Source of the DNA: Aplysia californica
Lineage: Eukaryota
Reading direction: 5' to 3'
Length of the DNA stretch: 63,167 nucleotides
Assembly: GCF_000002075.1 (NCBI RefSeq)
Contig: NW_004797277.1
Span: 2,926,923 to 2,990,089 of the forward strand
Shown: one piece after another, positions 11,900-24,808 of the stretch
Position numbering within the stretch: the stretch's first letter is position 1
Layout of the letters: each line of letters opens with the position of its first letter
Notes under the pieces: model-generated
Told to the model about the DNA's origin: nothing
The model's input: only the letters and a program-made list of their open reading frames with translations
Database searches by the model: none
Position numbers and translations under genes: made by a program

Positions 11900-12079
11900 A
11901 TTTAGTTTTAGTAGAGGTTTTACGGCGCTCGCAACTGCGTAAGATCATATGAGCGCCAGAAGATTAGAGGTGTTACAAGAGAGTAACAAACATAAAAAAG
12001 AAGAAGGGAAGATAAGGACGATAGATGTTTGATAGGAAAGAAGAAGCAAACCACACCAGAGCACCCGCCAACCACCCAC
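11900..12079 (-). mobile_element. SINE-like element inserted in a Tigger-like MITE
   Basis: Flanked by direct repeat ACAGGTGA (11892-11899 and 12080-12087); host MITE continues on both sides. Confidence 0.85.
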
Positions 12080-12507
12080 ACAGGTGACTGTCTTGGACAA
12101 TTTCATAATGTAGCAAAAAACACAAAGGGGGAAGTGTTTGTTGTACAGGTGATCGTCTTAGACAGGTAGCCGGTAGGGCGACTTCGACAGCACAGTCGAC
12201 TACGGATCGGTTGATGTCGTCAGGGGAGTGAAAGAAAGAACTGTTCACCCGAAGTTCAACTTAATTGTTGGGACATGTAAAAAAAAAAGGAGATGCCGGG
12301 ACCAGAGAAAAAGATCAACATAACCGAAGATCAAATTCAAGTGAGGTCAACGCTAGTGGAGTCGACTGTAATTGTAAACTTTTTATGCTTCCATCAACAC
12401 AATTTAGATCAATAAGGACAAAGGCTGCTTGTAATAGACTTGTACATTGCCCGTCAAGGCCAAACAGGGTTAAGTGGGATACACTGTCCCAGCACACAGA
12501 TTGAGAC

Positions 12508-12767
12508 TAGTGGTGGGCAAAATCAGGATAACCTATCCAGATAACTGGATAATTCTCCATGAAACGTTATCCCAAGTCAGACTCTAAAACTCTCTTTCCT
12601 AACCCGTTTGGGGAAGTGGGTGCACCCATTTGTTGACGTGGTTCTAACCCGTTTTTTAAAGTGGTTTTAACCCATTTGCCGAAGTGGTTCATAACACATT
12701 TAATTGCCGAAGAGACACACTAACATATTATCCGGATTTTGCTAAAGCGATTCATTGCCCAGCCCTA
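12508..12767. mobile_element. hAT-type MITE
   Basis: 8-bp TSD ATTGAGAC on both sides; TAGTGGTGGGCAA / TTGCCCAGCCCTA termini; internal ~27-bp repeats. Confidence 0.9.
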
Positions 12768-13575
12768 ATTGAGACATTCATAAGAGGAACTTCGCCATGT
12801 GGGAATCAAACTGTAGAGTTCCGCAAAGAGCTTAATCACTACATTACAGAAGCTTGTCGATAAATAGGCTTACACGAGAGGTGGAAACACTGCTTGGGGG
12901 GAAAAAGCAGTGGGTTTTTTAATATATATATATAAACTGCTAAAAGGTACAGTACATTTAAAAGTGTAAATCCGGGCAATATCTAGAAATGCCTTAGGAG
13001 CTACCGTGAATAATAAATGATTGTCAGTATACAGATTTACAGTAGGATTTAGGCATCCTCAAAGTCAAGGCACCTATTTTTATACAGCCGTATATTCCCA
13101 TCACCGTCATTATGAGAATGCGTTTACTGAAATCACTACACAAAAAACTTGATGTCATAGCTTGTTCACCGCACTTAAACACATGTCGTTTGAAACATGG
13201 TCCAATAGTCAGAGGAGTACTTTTCTACATCTAATGGTCTAGTGGGTAAAAATTATGTAATTAAACTGAAATGTGGCGGTGCAAGATGGTGTTACTGTCT
13301 CAAAACTCAAAATGAGCAAGTTGTAGGACAGGTATATCACATAGTGACTATGTGTATACCCCCAAAGTGCAATGTTTCATATAGGACCCAAATCAAGAAA
13401 CTTTTTAACTACTGGATCAAGAATTTTTTTTATAAATATATTTTTGTTTAGTCGCTGGCCTACAGAAGTGCCATGCAAAATTAAGTGCAAATTGGCAAAT
13501 CAAAGAGAGATAGAATATATTTAATCCTGACAGATAAAAGTGAGCAAGCTACAGCATCCAGCCGTTCAGGCTTAC

Positions 13576-13736
13576 CTTGGACTGTGGAGGAAGGCCAATG
13601 TCTGAAAAGGCAAACTGCCACTGTGGCAACCCCAGATGCATCAGCATGAGTCTGTAGTAGGCCAGGAAAGAGTCGCACATGTAATGCCAATGTAAGGACC
13701 TATCCAAGAACCAGATCTCTGTCACAAACTCAGACG
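13576..13736 (-). CDS. TPGS2: TPGS2 exon 6 (ASEFVTEIWFLDRSLHWHYMCDSFLAYYRLMLMHLGLPQWQFAFSDIGLPPQSK)
   Basis: Highly conserved TPGS2 motif EIWFLDR...YYRL...HLGLPQWQ; CAG/GTAAG splice sites. Confidence 0.97.
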
Positions 13737-13929
13737 CTGTGGTGAGAAAAAAAACTGACACCATCATTTCTCCAAATTTCGATTTCCTGATGAGAGAAGT
13801 GCTTAGGCCCAAAGCTCTCAAAAATCATAAGATAATACGTATATCAAAAGCAACCACAACTGCCTCAAAGAGAAGACATGACTGAACACTGTAATGATAG
13901 GAAATATAAAATGCTCCCCATCAGCACAA

Positions 13930-14180
13930 TTGGTCGCTTTTAAGGACAAGCTAGCGAACCCAGATTTCGGGGGTTTCCAGAAATCTTGACCCACACCAAA
14001 AGGGGGCATTGCCCTCCCTATAGCAGAAATTTGGTTTCATTGGTGTGTATATTTGTTTGGTTATAGAAAAAACTCTCCTTTTATTTTAAAGAAACTGAAC
14101 ATGGGGCAAAAACTTTACCTTCAATTTTCTCAAAACAGCATTTTTCGGGATAGTCCCCTTGTGGTCAAAAGCGACAAATT
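13930..14180. mobile_element. Dispersed repeat, probably a MITE
   Basis: Reverse-complement homology to ~62240-62470. Confidence 0.6.
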
Positions 14181-14819
14181 TAGATCATTTAGGAGGAGGG
14201 AAAAATAGAGGAGGCATCTCATCAACAACAGCAGTGTATTTACAGTGGAGTCGGCTTAAACTGAACACGATTAGTCTGAAAACAGTGAGAAATTGAAAGA
14301 AAATACAATTCCCAATTTTTCTTCTATTTAAGTAACCTCTCTCAACTGAAAATCTCAATAAAACCACCAAAAAAAACCACACAAAAATCTGGCGCCCCGC
14401 AGATTTCAGTTTACCCCGACTTTGTCGTCTGAGAAAAAAATGTAGGCTACCCATCACTAAAAGATTGGAATCATTTCAATTCTAAAGTTCAAGTGTCTAT
14501 AATGTATGGATAACAAAATGTGTTTGATTGTTTGTATGAGTAAAGAGAAGGACACTGATGACACAATTATGGTCACTTAATGCAGGTAAAAAGCAAGACA
14601 GATAGACTAGAAAAATAGAAGGGGGGAAAAAGAAGTTGGACTTACCAGTGGTACCCTCCAACCTCCCATATGAATGTGTTTACTTTCGTCTAGCAAATGT
14701 TTGCATAATGTGGATCAGATACAGGAAATCAGACAGGCGATAGATACACTCATCAGTAGTCACTCGGGTATAAAATAATTTCTAGGCCAGACGCTGATTA
14801 TCTTTACAGTACATCAAGT

Positions 14820-15145
14820 TTTTTAAAGGGTAAGTTAGGAGGGCTATATAGTAACCTGCTAGCAGATTAATTTCTATACCCTGAAAATGTCTCTGAAGGA
14901 CTTCAACATGAAGCACTCGACATGGGAAAGTCTAACTCCTAACAGACCCAGTGGGCCAGCAACAATCCCAGTGGGCAGCAAGTCACTGAGTTTGAGACAC
15001 ATAGAATCTATTAGAAATGCTGAAACCAAGAGAGAAGCCCGCTAGCTGCGCACATCAACAAGAGGAAATTAAACTTTTAAATGCTCAAAATATGGCAACC
15101 TCTCAGCCGGAATTGGTCTCATTGGCCACAGCAGAAGTGACAATA
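14820..15145 (+). mobile_element. Degenerate RTE-clade LINE 3' fragment
   Basis: Disrupted translation ..KMSLKDFNMKHSTWESL..EFETHRI..AETKREAR..SAGIGLIGHSR, typical of an RTE C-terminus. Confidence 0.65.
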
Positions 15146-16244
15146 ATTTGCATTTAGCTTTATGTGAGTACATTTTTTAACTACTACACTATGTTTCAGG
15201 TTTGATATGAAGAAAAAATCCCCAACAATAACAAAAAAACAAAAACAATTAAGAAAGACTTTTTAAAATTGAAATTGGAAGAAAATTTGAAGACAAAAAA
15301 AGTATGAAAACCTAAAACAACCGAAATAGTAAGGTCAGTAAGGAGATCCTTTACACAACTCTAGCTATCTGTACACATTTGTTTGTTGAAGAATCTTTGT
15401 TTGAGTAAATACTAAAGAGAATCACATAAATACAATAATGGTCACTTAGTACAGGGAAAAAGTAAGACTGACAGACAGACAGACAGACAGAGAGACAGAG
15501 AGACAGACAGACGGTAGCAACAGTGGGAAAGTAAAGAAGTAGGGCCTACCACCAGTGGTGTACTCCAGCCACCTGCCATTTGTACACAGGATGGCTTTAC
15601 CAAACTAAGTACAACTATGTTGAAGTCAAGTCAATCAACCATGAGAGTATTGCAGTAGTGACAATATGATGTACTTGTGTACAAAAAAGCATGATAATGA
15701 TAAATCTAGATCTATATGTGCAGCTATGTTATGACTACTCCTATCTTTCTGGAGCCTGTCAGTATGGTACGAAGAATATGAGTCTGGGACAAAAGTATGA
15801 AACAATTCTTCACATAACTATAAGTGTGATTATGTGGTTAAATCAGGGGCTCGTTAAAATGATAACATCCAAGTAAAAATTTATATTTTTCGCACCAATT
15901 TTTTAAAAAATGAATGCCTATTCAAAAACATATTTCTGAGTGGATTTTACTGAAATCGTTGATTAATTAAAGGCTCAAAAATGGTAAATTTGCAGTTTCC
16001 AGGGACACCCAAGTTTTGGAATTCACCTAATTCTGAAAAGACATTTCTCGCTAATTTGACTTCTAAAACCAGATGACGACCCCCACCTTCTTCAATCACA
16101 AACATCTTGACTTTTATTCAAGATGAGATAGGTATTTTTTTCATTGAAAGCAAGACAAATGAACAGGCTCTAAGGTTATACAAATAAATCCATATGCCCA
16201 AAAATAGACGAGGGCCTGATTTCACAGTATCATTCCTCATATGT

Positions 16245-17185
16245 CATCGACAACTCAGATCTTTCTAGGAAAGAGAATATCAGACAAGACTTGTGTCACA
16301 AAACTGTATGTACACCTATGACACTATGTTATTAACAACGATTATCAGCAACTCAGATCTTCCCAAAGTTCAGTAGAGAGAAAGAGCTGAAAGATAAGTA
16401 TGAAAAAACTATATCTATTTATAAAGTCTAGTATTTGTACATAAAGCAAACAGATTTTCAAATCTGAATGTTTTCTTATACACGTACATCATCATCCAGT
16501 GCCAGATCTGCGACAGACATCGGCGATCATGATTTTCCATTCATTTCTTTGCTCGGATGCTCTCAGAAAAGCTACGTTTCCCTGATTTTTCCCTGTTACC
16601 CATTTGTTTAGGTTCCCTAAGTATGTTCTTCTGGGCCTACCCCTGCATTCTTTGTATTTAAAACACGTATACAGAAATTCAAATATAGTGCAAACTTTTT
16701 CCGTGTCCCGCCGATTTCGCAATATATATATGAATGCTAGATTGTATGTACAGCTATGTGGAACACAAGCCAATCTTCCCCGAGACTGAGAGTTTCAGAA
16801 TACTATGGAGAACAAAACTCTGTAGGATACGCAAGTATGACATATATCTATCCGTACATCTATATTATCAAGATCTCAGATCTTCTTTTTAAGTGTGTGT
16901 TTCAGTACCCAGAAGAGAGAATATGAGACTAAAACATAAGTACAGGTATGACAAAACAATGTACAACCATATTATGTATGTTATTGACAACTCAAACCAG
17001 CCTTAAAAGTGTTTCAGTATAGACAAAAATGCAAATATGAAAATGTCATCTACATACATTAAATATGTTTTACTAATGTATGGTACTAACAACTCAAACC
17101 TTGCTTAATGTTTCAGTAGAGAGTATACAAGACAAGAATGCAGATGTGAAGACATCTTGTATACATTACATACATTTTACTACAA
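16245..17185. repeat. Degenerate ~100-120-bp tandem repeat (AACTCARAYC...TTTCAGTA...GACAA), interrupted by an RTE fragment
   Basis: Recurrent motifs at ~16250, 16349, 16873, 16988 and 17090. Confidence 0.6.
16487..16646 (-). mobile_element. RTE LINE 3' end, 5'-truncated
   Basis: RGRPRRTYLGNLNKWV...WKIMIADVCRRSGTG with (GAT)n tail; near-identical to 51070-51345. Confidence 0.88.
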
Positions 17186-18592
17186 TAACAAACAATAGTA
17201 CCATGTGTCCTCAGCACACAGACACAAAAAGACCAACAAGGCATGTAAATACAAACAGTCCTTTAGAATTGTTGGAATGTCATATATTATCAAGATGTCT
17301 AGTAAAGTAAGCATTACTTCATAAAATCACCAAAAAATATGTGGTGTGATTTCAAGAAAGTTGTTAATTGAAAAAAACCCAACAATTTACCAACTATTGA
17401 GTGCACATATAAAGAGTACAAGATTAAGAATAAAGTTGGCGAAAATAAAGTTGAGAGCCCGACGTCTTTGTGCATCATGAAGATCCCAGTGTCCAGTTTC
17501 ATGTTCTACTAATGACTATGACACACAACTGTCACCACCACAACCCCCACAGTGACCCTGGAAATTGAGCACAAGGTCAAGCAGTTTGAAACAAGGGGTT
17601 CAACTTTACTTTAACCACAAAGATGTATCTTTAATTCATATATATATGGGCAGAGATTTGAACTAGTGAAGGAAAAAAGAGTTTCTCATCGGAAGCTGTG
17701 CTAGTTGAAGGAATGACCAGACAAATCAAACTGTTATGGTCTGGGAATTAGAAATGGGACCCAAAATTCCAGGCTCTGCAGTGTTAGTTTGGGGAAGTGT
17801 CAGGGGAGATCACGGAGCACAAACTTTTACTACCAGACAAAAAGGGAAAGAACTCTTCTTGCTGCACCTACTCTACTATAAGTATACCATATGATATATA
17901 CTGACTTGTCCCATAATGGTCTCATTTATTATAACCAAAATCAATATCATTATGAAAAGCTGAGCTTTTCTTACATGTAGTGTTTCATAACTAAAGAAAA
18001 CCGAGAAAAAAACTCTGCTAGGGAAAATGAATCTCAAATGCTGATTTTCTCCTAAATAAAAATGTTGCTCAATTCGTGTTTTACGTAATCATGTTTTCAA
18101 CAGATATAAGATAGAGTGACAAGGGCAGATCATTCTTTACAGGAAAGCCAGCTCATTTGCCACCAGCGTTTCATGTGCGTAAATTCTGCAACTATCTTAC
18201 TTATTTTAGGTTTTTAAAAAAGTAACTTTTCATAACTTAAGAGAAAGAAAATCTCCACTGGGGAACGGGTATCTCAAACATCTATTTTCTCCTGAATAAA
18301 AAGTGAAGCAACTCCCAACTATAAGTACATAATGTACAACTACAATGGAATGCCAAACAAAACTTCTAGCTTAATGGTCTACACAAAAACAAAAAAAGGC
18401 AGACACAATTCTGATCCTTGTCAGGAAAGTTTTTTTATAAAGTGTCCTGGAAACAGCTCACTCTTGACCAGTGTTGATCGGGAATTAACTACCTAAATCA
18501 TTGAAATTGTTTCTAAAAATGAAGCATAGCGTCATGATATGGTATGGTATGATGTGCATTTAATACCCCTATTAACGCAATAAGGTTATTAA

Positions 18593-18832
18593 CCCTATCC
18601 ATACATCGTGTTTTACTATCGTATTCATACGACGTGGGGCACATTGTGCGCCCACTTTCCAAAGAGGAAATTTACTCGTTAATCCGACCCATATGCTTTG
18701 CAAAGCAGTCTGTCAAAATGATTTTTTGAGAAAAACTGAAAGTTTCAAAGAGATCTTCGTAATACAAGTATTCTAAAATGTGAAGAATACAACCCCAGGG
18801 GTACAAAATGACCCCAGGGCGTAGAGATAGGG
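18593..18832. mobile_element. 240-bp piggyBac-type MITE
   Basis: TTAA flanks, CCCTATC / GATAGGG termini. Confidence 0.88.
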
Positions 18833-21507
18833 TTAAACAGGCGGAGTATCCGAACTTAATATATTTGTCTGATAAAACTGAGCCAAACAAATGAAGACTT
18901 CATCAAGCTCATGAAAACCAAATCAGGGATTTGACCCATGGCCATAGGCATCTTGTCAAGCATGATACTTACTGTGCAAACAGCACACCTCAAGATTAGT
19001 AAATTTTTTAACTAGCAGGATTAATACCAAACAAATTTTGCAAATGCAAATTAGGTAGCTTCATCTGGCTATATTTCGGCCGAACACTGGCAGATTGTTT
19101 TTAAAAGCTGCAGAGATGTTAAAAGAAGCGGCATATCACTTTCAGCAATCTGTACATCATAAATCAGTTGTTGAGGCTATTGTCAAAGCCAAATAACTAT
19201 ATGAGAAAACAATTATGGAGCAAGATACAAACCCGGGTCTTCACAGGCTGTGCAAGGCGAACAAAACGGCAGCAAATAGGTAAGAAATTTTTTAAAACAA
19301 ATTTACACAACACCTAACCTTTCTAGCTTACGTTATCCTTTGCTTAGATAACCCAATTTGGCACAACCCTTTCAACTATCAAATTAACCACTGACTGGAA
19401 AATTCCACATCCCAATATTTGCCTGTTTTTGAGGTTTTAAACCATCCCTTAGGCAAATTGGACTTGGCACATTTCCAATCTCCAGATACTAGAAGAGTTA
19501 AGTCAAAATTTTAAAAACTTGAACATTTCGCGTCACATTTTGATTTGAATTTTTAAATTTTTAAATTCAAGATGTCTGAAAGTTAATTTTAAAAACGTCT
19601 CCCACATGATTCATATCATGTCTGTATCTTTCATTTGCTCTGAATTTTTTGCTTTTATTCACACTGGTAGTCTAAACTCTTTTTTAAAGAAAACAAGGTG
19701 GACCACTGTTTACGGTTTATGAAATAAAATATTTATGATAAATAAGTGAACATTTTTTAAACTGGAGTTCATGTTTCACAGTGTTTGTTTTTGTTAAACC
19801 AAATAAGATGTTCTAATCCCAAGATTATCTTTGGAAAAAAGGGTAACACCACAAACCAAAGTACACATACATGATAGTTTCGATGAAAGCTACAAGCTTG
19901 GTTGTATTTCATCTGAAGAGAAGCAATAAAAGAATAGACCTACTTTTAACTTCAAAACTTCAACTTGTGATACTTTCACTTCTAATAATAAGGAAAAAAG
20001 CTCTCAAGCTGAAGAAACTAGCAATACTCCCCCCCAACTTATTCAGCTCCGCATCTCAGAAAAAGCAATACCATAATAAAGAGAGGGGGTGCAATCATCT
20101 CTTTTAAAACAGCATTGAGAAAAAACAGTACGCAAAAATGCTGCTACTAATACAGAGCCACGCCATATGTAGACAAATAGAGGAATACAGCATAAATAGA
20201 GCAGTGGTGAGAGAGTATACCGTACAGACTGGGGCGTGGATAACTCATACCATGAGGAAAGTGAAAATCAGAATCACTGTCTCCACTGTCGCTCTCAGAG
20301 CCTGAGCCACCTATACATACAGTGGTGATTCAGAAGCTACTCAATAATCAAGAAACATATTTTCCTAATTCAAGGGGTGTCTTCGGGGATATAAATGGGA
20401 CGCCGTCAAACCAGTTTCACATTTTAAAATCTGACATTTCATGTTTTCAATAGAACTGCATTGTAGAAAGTTCAATAACAAAAATCAAACATAAATTTCG
20501 AGGACAAACTGCACTTTATAATATAACACAAACTATCATTTTCAAACATTTTTAAGAGAAACATTTTTTTCTAGCTGAGAAAGAATGAACTCACATTCAG
20601 TAGGGTCAAAAAGACTTTAAAATATATTTTGTAATCTTTTGGTATAGTCCCTTCTGTTTCGGAAGTATTTAAAAATTGTGTTACTTCATCTTACTCAAAG
20701 TGGAGGTATTACTATTTTGCTAACCAATTTGAAAGTAATTTTTCTTCTATGTCTCCTCCTGTTATCGAATGAAGTGTTGTATTACAGATGAGTAGCATCA
20801 ATACATGTAGTACAGGTTGCATGGTGGTGTGAGAAAGACATACAATAAACCTTATTTTCTTCACTTGTAGGTCATTTATTAACTCTTTATCTCCGTCGAG
20901 CCGCTGCCAGCGGCTCGCGGTCGGAACTACTATGCTGATAAGCTGCACAGCGGCTCGTAAACATTCCTTTATATGATGACTTTGACATCAAATTACTTTT
21001 TAGTAATTGCCGAAAACAAATTTCTTTTATCGGAAGTTCATTCATTAGATGAAGAACTATGAAAATAGGTCGACTTGTTTTGAATTAATTACCCATTTAG
21101 TGGTGATTTTGTTATTTTAAAATTTAGTACCAAAACAGGGCCCTGCGTAGTGGGTTTACCCCCCACGGAGATAGAGAGTTAACACAACACAAAAGGAAAA
21201 TCCACATTTTACATGATAACGTACAGTCTTTTGAGAGCAATTTATATCAATGCAATAACAAAAAAGATAGCACATAATGACATTTGTACAAAATTCTAAG
21301 ATTAAACCACAATACCATAAATAAAATCATTTTTACCTAAAATGAGTACTGTAGACTTTGTTGGCAGCTCGGCATGCGTATCAACTAATAAAAATTGGTT
21401 ATTCAAGGACTGGCACCTCATCTGAACAGTAAGAAAGATGTCGTTTGACTGTCACAACCCTGAATATTTTATAACACCAACTGTTGCAATCTTGAATTCT
21501 TTATTAA

Positions 21508-21816
21508 CTCATTCAGTGCTATGGACGAGAATACTCGCGAAACCTGGGTCCCACCCACCTACTAGCGACGAGTATTCTCACATTCTGTCTCGCCATCTTT
21601 ATAGAAAGAATTACTCTAATTAATCCATACCAAGCTATTTGAACTAATTATGAAGCATTATGGGAAAGGTCAAGGAGAGATTTTCCCTACTCAAACAGCC
21701 ATTGAGCTTGCTAGTTTTGATTGATTTTCCTGGGTAAACCTAATTTCATGTTGCCATACCAAAACTGCCCAGTATGTGAGGGGAGTTCGCTGCTGGAGCG
21801 CTCAGCACTGAATGAG
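21508..21816. mobile_element. TTAA-flanked MITE, TIR CTCATTCAGTGCT
   Basis: Perfect 13-bp inverted termini plus TTAA TSD. Confidence 0.88.
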
Positions 21817-21870
21817 TTAATCTGACCCTTGGATACTTGATTCCATCATCTATCAAAGACAAAAACTCAC

Positions 21871-21969
21871 CTTGGCTGGTCTCATTGTAGACAAGACAAA
21901 CTTTGCCATGCCCATCACAAGGATCCAGTTCGAAGATTCTGCTGTCACAAAAACTGGGTGGCTTTCTTC
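21871..21969 (-). CDS. TPGS2: TPGS2 exon 5 (GRKPPSFCDSRIFELDPCDGHGKVCLVYNETSQ)
   Basis: IFELDxCxGxGKVCLVY motif; TTCAG/GTGAGT splice sites. Confidence 0.96.
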
Positions 21970-23116
21970 CTGAAAAAAAGGTTGAAAAAGACAAAATCAG
22001 AAATGACGCAATAATATTTTGAAACAAATCTTGGTTAGAACTATGCGATAAAAAATCATCAAAATCAAGAAAACTATTGGGGCAAAAAACAGATGGGCAC
22101 ATCTTAAAGTGGTATGGCTAATTCATTGATTTTGTTCATGAATTATCCAGATAAACCTAAATGCTTAAGAAATTATTCCAACACCTATAACCTTCAATGA
22201 TATTTTTGCTTTTATTAATTCATTCGGGACGCATCGGACGTACGTCTGATAGCCTTGAGCTACGTTGGAGACAAATCGGACGTCTGATAGCATTTCTCGG
22301 GCGTGGTGGCAGCACAAAATGGAGGTATTCCGGTGAACAAACTTTTGTTTGACATTGCTAAACCCTATTTATTTTGTATCTATTTACCCTTGATCGTATA
22401 GCATAGTTTTTTATTTCAAATTTTTCTGTGGAGGTTTGTGATGGCAGTCGAGGCGACAAAGAACACGGATCTTTGAGGAGTACCATACAAAGAGGAACTA
22501 TTCACAGTGACTGGAGCTATTTCTTCACAGTATTTGGATTGTAAATTGGGTTGTGATTGTTTGTATCTGCATTTCTTCACTGTCAACCTAGAGGGGAAAA
22601 CATTTTTTGGGGGTCTCATAAAAAAATGTTGTAGGGGTCCTGGCAAGTTTAGGAATATATCCAGGCAAATTGGATTAGATCTAAGGCAAAGTCCAAATGT
22701 TGAATGAGTAGATAGTGAAAACAGACTTTAAAAATATCAAAAGGAAAAAAATGGCAGACTTTCAAAGTCGACCCAAAATCGCGCGTTTCTGGGTGCAAAG
22801 CTGGTCCAACACCTGCGTCCTGAATAAGTAAAGAATCCCCCCCTCCCCCAACTTTATTTTGAAAAAAGGCTATTTCCCGCACATAAAAAGAAGCCAAAAA
22901 AAAGTAACATCACTGATATCAATTAAGTACAGATTAAGAAACATGGGTAGAACTCAGCAATTGAGAAAGATGACAAACTGTGGTAGAACTCAGTAATTTA
23001 GACAAATGAACAGCTCTGGTGATGTTATGTGGAGCTCCCGCTGTCAAAAGCAGCAACTGAGACAAAAGATAGATGAGGTCAAAAACTCCCCTCCAGGAGA
23101 TCGTTGAGTGACAAAC

Positions 23117-23251
23117 CTCCGCTGAGATCCTCATCCATGTCAAGGTCCCAGAGAGAGGGCTGAACGTGCGTTCCCTCTCGCACCCCACCGTCAAGCTTCA
23201 ACAACATCCCCACACTGTTTACGTGCATTGATCCCACAGGAATAGTCAAGT
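23117..23251 (-). CDS. TPGS2: TPGS2 exon 4 (NLTIPVGSMHVNSV...PSLWDLDMDEDLSG)
   Basis: IPxGSMxxNS and PxLxDL motifs; TACAG/GTTTGT; phases fit neighbours. Confidence 0.92.
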
Positions 23252-23844
23252 CTGTAACAAACAGGACATGTTCTATTATGTGTGCCAGGAAAACTTCACA
23301 TCTGATAAAAAAAAAAAAATAAAGTCTAGTGACACAGACAAGGAGTTTAATATATATGAAAATATTTGATTAACAAGTGAAGAACATGTAAAAGCTAAAT
23401 ACATGTAGCTTGAAAAGAAAACAAAGGAACTATATTTCTGACTTTTCATATTGGTGGCATATCTTTGCAGTTGAACCACAACTGAGTCTCAAAGTAGTCG
23501 TACTTCCATTATTAAACCGCATATTAACCACCCTTCCACACTGATAGGGTGAAAAAGCAGTAAGTCAGAGAAAAACCAAGAGAACTCATACTTGCCAAAA
23601 TAATAAGACACCCCCCCCCCCAACTCTCTGAAAATGGTGAGAAACAAAGAAAAGGTAAAACACCAGTCATTTTAACTTTATGAGTCATGGACAATGGACT
23701 AGTATAATATTTTGCAGAAAAATGAAGAACATCTGTGGTCATGTGACCATCAGAAACAAGAGGTTTTGATATTTCATTCAGTAAATGAAGTTTTTTTAAG
23801 GGAAGAAGAGACATTTTACAAATATTTTGCATTTTTACTCTTAC

Positions 23845-23932
23845 TTTCCATTTTGACACTCCATGTGAGGTGAAATCCATTACTTGTAAGGAAAAAACTT
23901 TTCAGATCTTCAGGCAGCAACAGTGAGTTTTT
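23845..23932 (-). CDS. TPGS2: TPGS2 exon 3 (KNSLLLPEDLKSFFLTSNGFHLTWSVKME)
   Basis: PEDxKxFxLxxNGFHxTWSVK motif; CCAG/GTAAGA. Confidence 0.96.
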
Positions 23933-23984
23933 CTGGAATGCAATTTAACAGCATAAGAGCATGTTCAAGTTTAATTTGATAAGT

Positions 23985-24808
23985 GAGGAGTCCGTGGAAA
24001 AAAATGGGAATAGTCACAAACTGAAAATTGTAAAGAAGTGGATATTTATACGGCAGGCCGTCAAAAAATCGGAAGTGATAATTCCACGGCACATAAATTC
24101 AGCCAATCAGAACATCCGGACTATTTATAATTAAGCCTATAATCTCTTTTCCATAATATAAGTAACGCATTATAGAGATACAATTTAAGATACCTGTATG
24201 TTAAGTTAATAATGTTTATCCTTTGCTATCATTTTGTTCATTATGAATAATGATTAAATGTTTTGTGTGATTGTAACGAGAGTGAGAGATGCACAATTTA
24301 TTTTGTGCTAGCAAAATGGAGAGAAGACTGTTTTTTTTCCAACAGTAAGGTGCCCATTTGCGGATGGGATCGAGTCGGGTCGGGTAGGGATGATCACCCG
24401 ACTCGTTGCCGGGAAAACAAACACAATTCTTGCATTTATACACTTCAAGCAGAGTCTATGCCGCCGAAATATCAATTCCGATCTTTAGACTCAAGACGGC
24501 ATACTGTATAGGTGTCACAACTTATGTTCAGACAACATGCCGTGCAAATATCAACTACGATTTTCAGACGGCAGGCCGTGGAAATATCGCTACCCAAATT
24601 GTAAAGGTATCAATTTTGAACGCTCAACCCATAACTGTATATCTCTTCAACTGTAGGTTGATTATTGTTGTTAGATTTCTTATTCAACAAATATATAAAA
24701 TAAACCACCAGTAAAACAAACATGAAGTTATGAGTCCACAAGCTTTTATAATTGACACCCTCACAATTTCCAGTTTGTGACTATGCCAGTTTTTCCCGTG
24801 GACCCCTC
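23985..24808. mobile_element. Non-autonomous DNA transposon with ~45-bp TIRs (possibly Sola-like)
   Basis: GAGGAGTCCGTGGAAAAAAATGGGAATAGTCACAAACTG versus CAGTTTGTGACTATGCCAGTTTTTCCCGTGGACCCCTC; imperfect 4-bp flanks. Confidence 0.75.

Noticed and set aside
22945-23116. Short 36-bp repeats downstream of the TPGS2 exon 4 donor as another splice-site-derived repeat
   Set aside because: Similarity to the donor is limited to TTTGTCA; too weak to claim.
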